A stretch of DNA of 64,000 nucleotides, from the NCBI GenBank assembly GCA_054600435.1, contig BAAIJX010000059.1:1-64000 (forward strand), in the 5' to 3' direction. Below the pieces are notes generated by a model. The model was not told where the DNA came from. It made no database searches and saw nothing but the letters and a program-made list of their open reading frames with translations. This document shows, one piece after another, positions 61,568 to 64,000 of this stretch; the first letter of the stretch is position 1; each line of letters begins with the position of its first letter. The position numbers were made by a program, and so were the translations under genes. Origin of the DNA: Neophaeotheca triangularis (lineage: Eukaryota).

Positions 61568-62793
61568 CTTGTCCTATACTTCTTACACTAATCTCCAACT
61601 CCAAAAAGTCACAAACTCCCAGTAACTTGTAAGCTTCAAGTCAGTCCTCAATGGCTAGGCAATCCTACTGCAGCGCAGCAACCATGATGCTTCCGTGTGG
61701 GTAAGATGCGATTAGAAGGTGATTGTATGCGCCTTTCCGAGCAGGGGATGTCCACAGCAGCCCGGTGGACTTTGCGCTCTCCTTTCCCCCTCTTTCGACC
61801 GTTTCGGTGCCAGTGGCTTGCCTAAGCGTGGCGTACAGGGCCTGGAGTGATGCGGTGGGCTCGAGGTAAGCTTCGCTTGAGGTCGGTCGTACAGCTTGAG
61901 GTAGCTGAAGGTAGCTGTCAAGAGCTGCCCCGCTGACAAGAGGTACGCCTCGTTTTCTTGACGGCCAAGGTGCTGTAGGATGCGATTAACCGAGGGGATG
62001 TCGGTATTGTCACAGTGTAGGTAGCGAGAATAGGAGGTGATATTCCAACAATATATGATGATGTGATGTAATGTAGCTGCTGGGTCAGGGTCAAGAGGTG
62101 TTGGTGAACGAGACGAAGAACTTCTCTCTTTCCCATAAGCAACGAATCAAGCCTTGGTCCATTGAATTCAATTCTCCGATATGATGTACATAAATTCTAA
62201 TAACACGATCTAGCCTGCGAACCCCGAGCCCTCCTCAGTAGTAGTGCCTCACACTCGAGGCCGGCCTTACAAACACAAAAAAACCGCGAATAATTCTAAT
62301 GCTCGTCTCGTGAGTCGTCAGCGTTTTGCCGTCTCCGCAATCGGCCGGCCGAGCTTGGACTCTTCCACTCCCCCGGATCCGAATTGCATAAGCCGGTTAA
62401 GTTGTGCACATCATGTCGGGTCTCGGGGGTTGCATAACAAAACCAAATGCAGCCGGCCGCTTGTCGGAGTGGATAAAACTAACCCCCCCTCAAGAATCGA
62501 ACCGAACCGTCACCGGTCTTGATAGATAATAAACTGGGATTGAACGAAATACCGAGCCTGGGGGGCCATAGGATCTCAACTTCAACCCAAAGGTGATGCA
62601 TCGATGCTGAGCCCATGCAGTCTGCAGGTGGTCTTGTTTGCGGGAGTCCAAGCCTACCCCCAACCCATAAGGTGAGTCGGGAACAGCTACCATGCAATCT
62701 CCAGCCCCTTGACCCCCCCTTCATTCAGGCTTCATCCAGGTACCTGCCTGCAACGACACCCTCCCAATTGGAGCTTCAATACGCGTAGCGATA

Positions 62794-63390
62794 CTACAGC
62801 GATGGCTCAGTCAGATGCACCGCTTCTAGGAATCGTCTTGAAACCTTCGAAACCTGCTTTAGAGAGATCGTAGATCCTCTGCGCCACTTCTTCCCATAGG
62901 ACATTCCGTTATTCGTCTTGTACCCAAACAGGATCTCACCAGTCGCCAGGCATCTTGCGATCACAGTCATGACCTTGCACTTCATATAGGAGCTTGAGCG
63001 TTTCATGAGTGCGCTGATGGTATTCACCAACACGTCGATAAGTGGTCCGCGTTCAATCAGGTTCCAGAACTCACCTGCGAGCTCCATACGAAATCACGCA
63101 GGTGGATTGATACGGCAGACCGAGCAGGACTCGCTGGACTCCGAAGACAATAGCGAGCGCCCTAGAGAAAATGCCGCCCACCACGAGGGGTATGGTGAGC
63201 GCCCCGAGGAAAATGGCGTCTGCCCGATAGGTGGGATGTTGGATTGATGAGCAAGCTGGATCAAGAAGATGCCAAAACTGGAGACCAGTAGGGAAAGGGA
63301 TTCTCCGAAGTCTTTCATCACTTGAAAATTGCGACATAGTCCGAATTTCGACTCTGAGAGTTCATATCTCTGGCTTCGAAGGAGGGACAT
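62794..63390 (-). pseudogene. Possible decayed gene fragment
   Basis: ORFs 63390-63094 and 63087-62794 are in the same frame, separated by one TGA. No family recognised. Confidence 0.25.
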
Positions 63391-64000
63391 CGCCTCCGAG
63401 TGCGCTGCGAAGAGGAGCTCTTACTAAGCGAGCTGCGTACCTGGCCGAAGCCATCACACTGCCAACAACACCTTAGCGTCTGGCACTGCGTGTATTCAAA
63501 GCACAACTTCATGCACGTTGATCGCTGCCCGCGTCGTAGGCAGCCCGCCCTCAACAATATTAGTAACTTCGGCCAAGTCCTAGACCTCGATTCAACGAAA
63601 CCATGGGTCCTGAGGTCTCACGGTCAAAGCAACAATAGGAACAAAGCCACCGTACAGCCGGAAGACTGCTGACTCAAGAGATGCTCAGCATGCCGAAGTC
63701 GCCCAAGCCTCATCAAGGAGAGCATGCCGAAAAGCGAGACTTCGCTAAGAAGCTTTGATGGAGAAACTTCCCGTTCGAATACTATGTCGACCACTTTTCT
63801 CCCCTGAGGCTACGACGAGCTCTCCTCCGCGACGGTGTAAGATGCGCCTCCTCCTCTAGAAGCAGAAGAACGTGGTCGCGTCTTGGTATCCAGTAACGGA
63901 AGCGCCCTCATATGTCTCTGATTCAAGCTTATACCCCGGAAGTCGAATTACCCAAATGATGCGGTCGTGTCCAGACATCTAGTAGCGCAAGTGCCTCTTC

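Overview
Eukaryotic, intron-containing DNA from a filamentous ascomycete (Pezizomycotina; short GT-AG introns with CTRAC branch points). There is no rRNA, tRNA, CRISPR array or intact transposon. About 16 recognisable genes are present: group I G-alpha, GPI-anchored PI-PLC-like protein, Ygr210-type Obg GTPase, Pom1/DYRK kinase, LCCL membrane protein, GT32, ERV41, GPI11/PIG-F, RPL5, a multi-OB-fold protein, RRP46, peroxisomal 4CL-like ligase, DSN1/Mis13, GT90, MARVEL protein and Mhp1/Gip3-like LRR protein. There are also several orphan ORFs and decayed, possibly RIP-mutated reading frames. The main unexplained signal is a ~1.56 kb non-coding segment (46238-47799) between RRP46 and the ligase. 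By eye it folds on the + strand into a multi-arm RNA whose 5' and 3' ends pair, and I could not match it to a known RNA family. A second ~320 nt structured candidate lies at 7161-7483. The GT90 gene carries two in-frame stops. All folds and exon boundaries were inferred manually, not computed.
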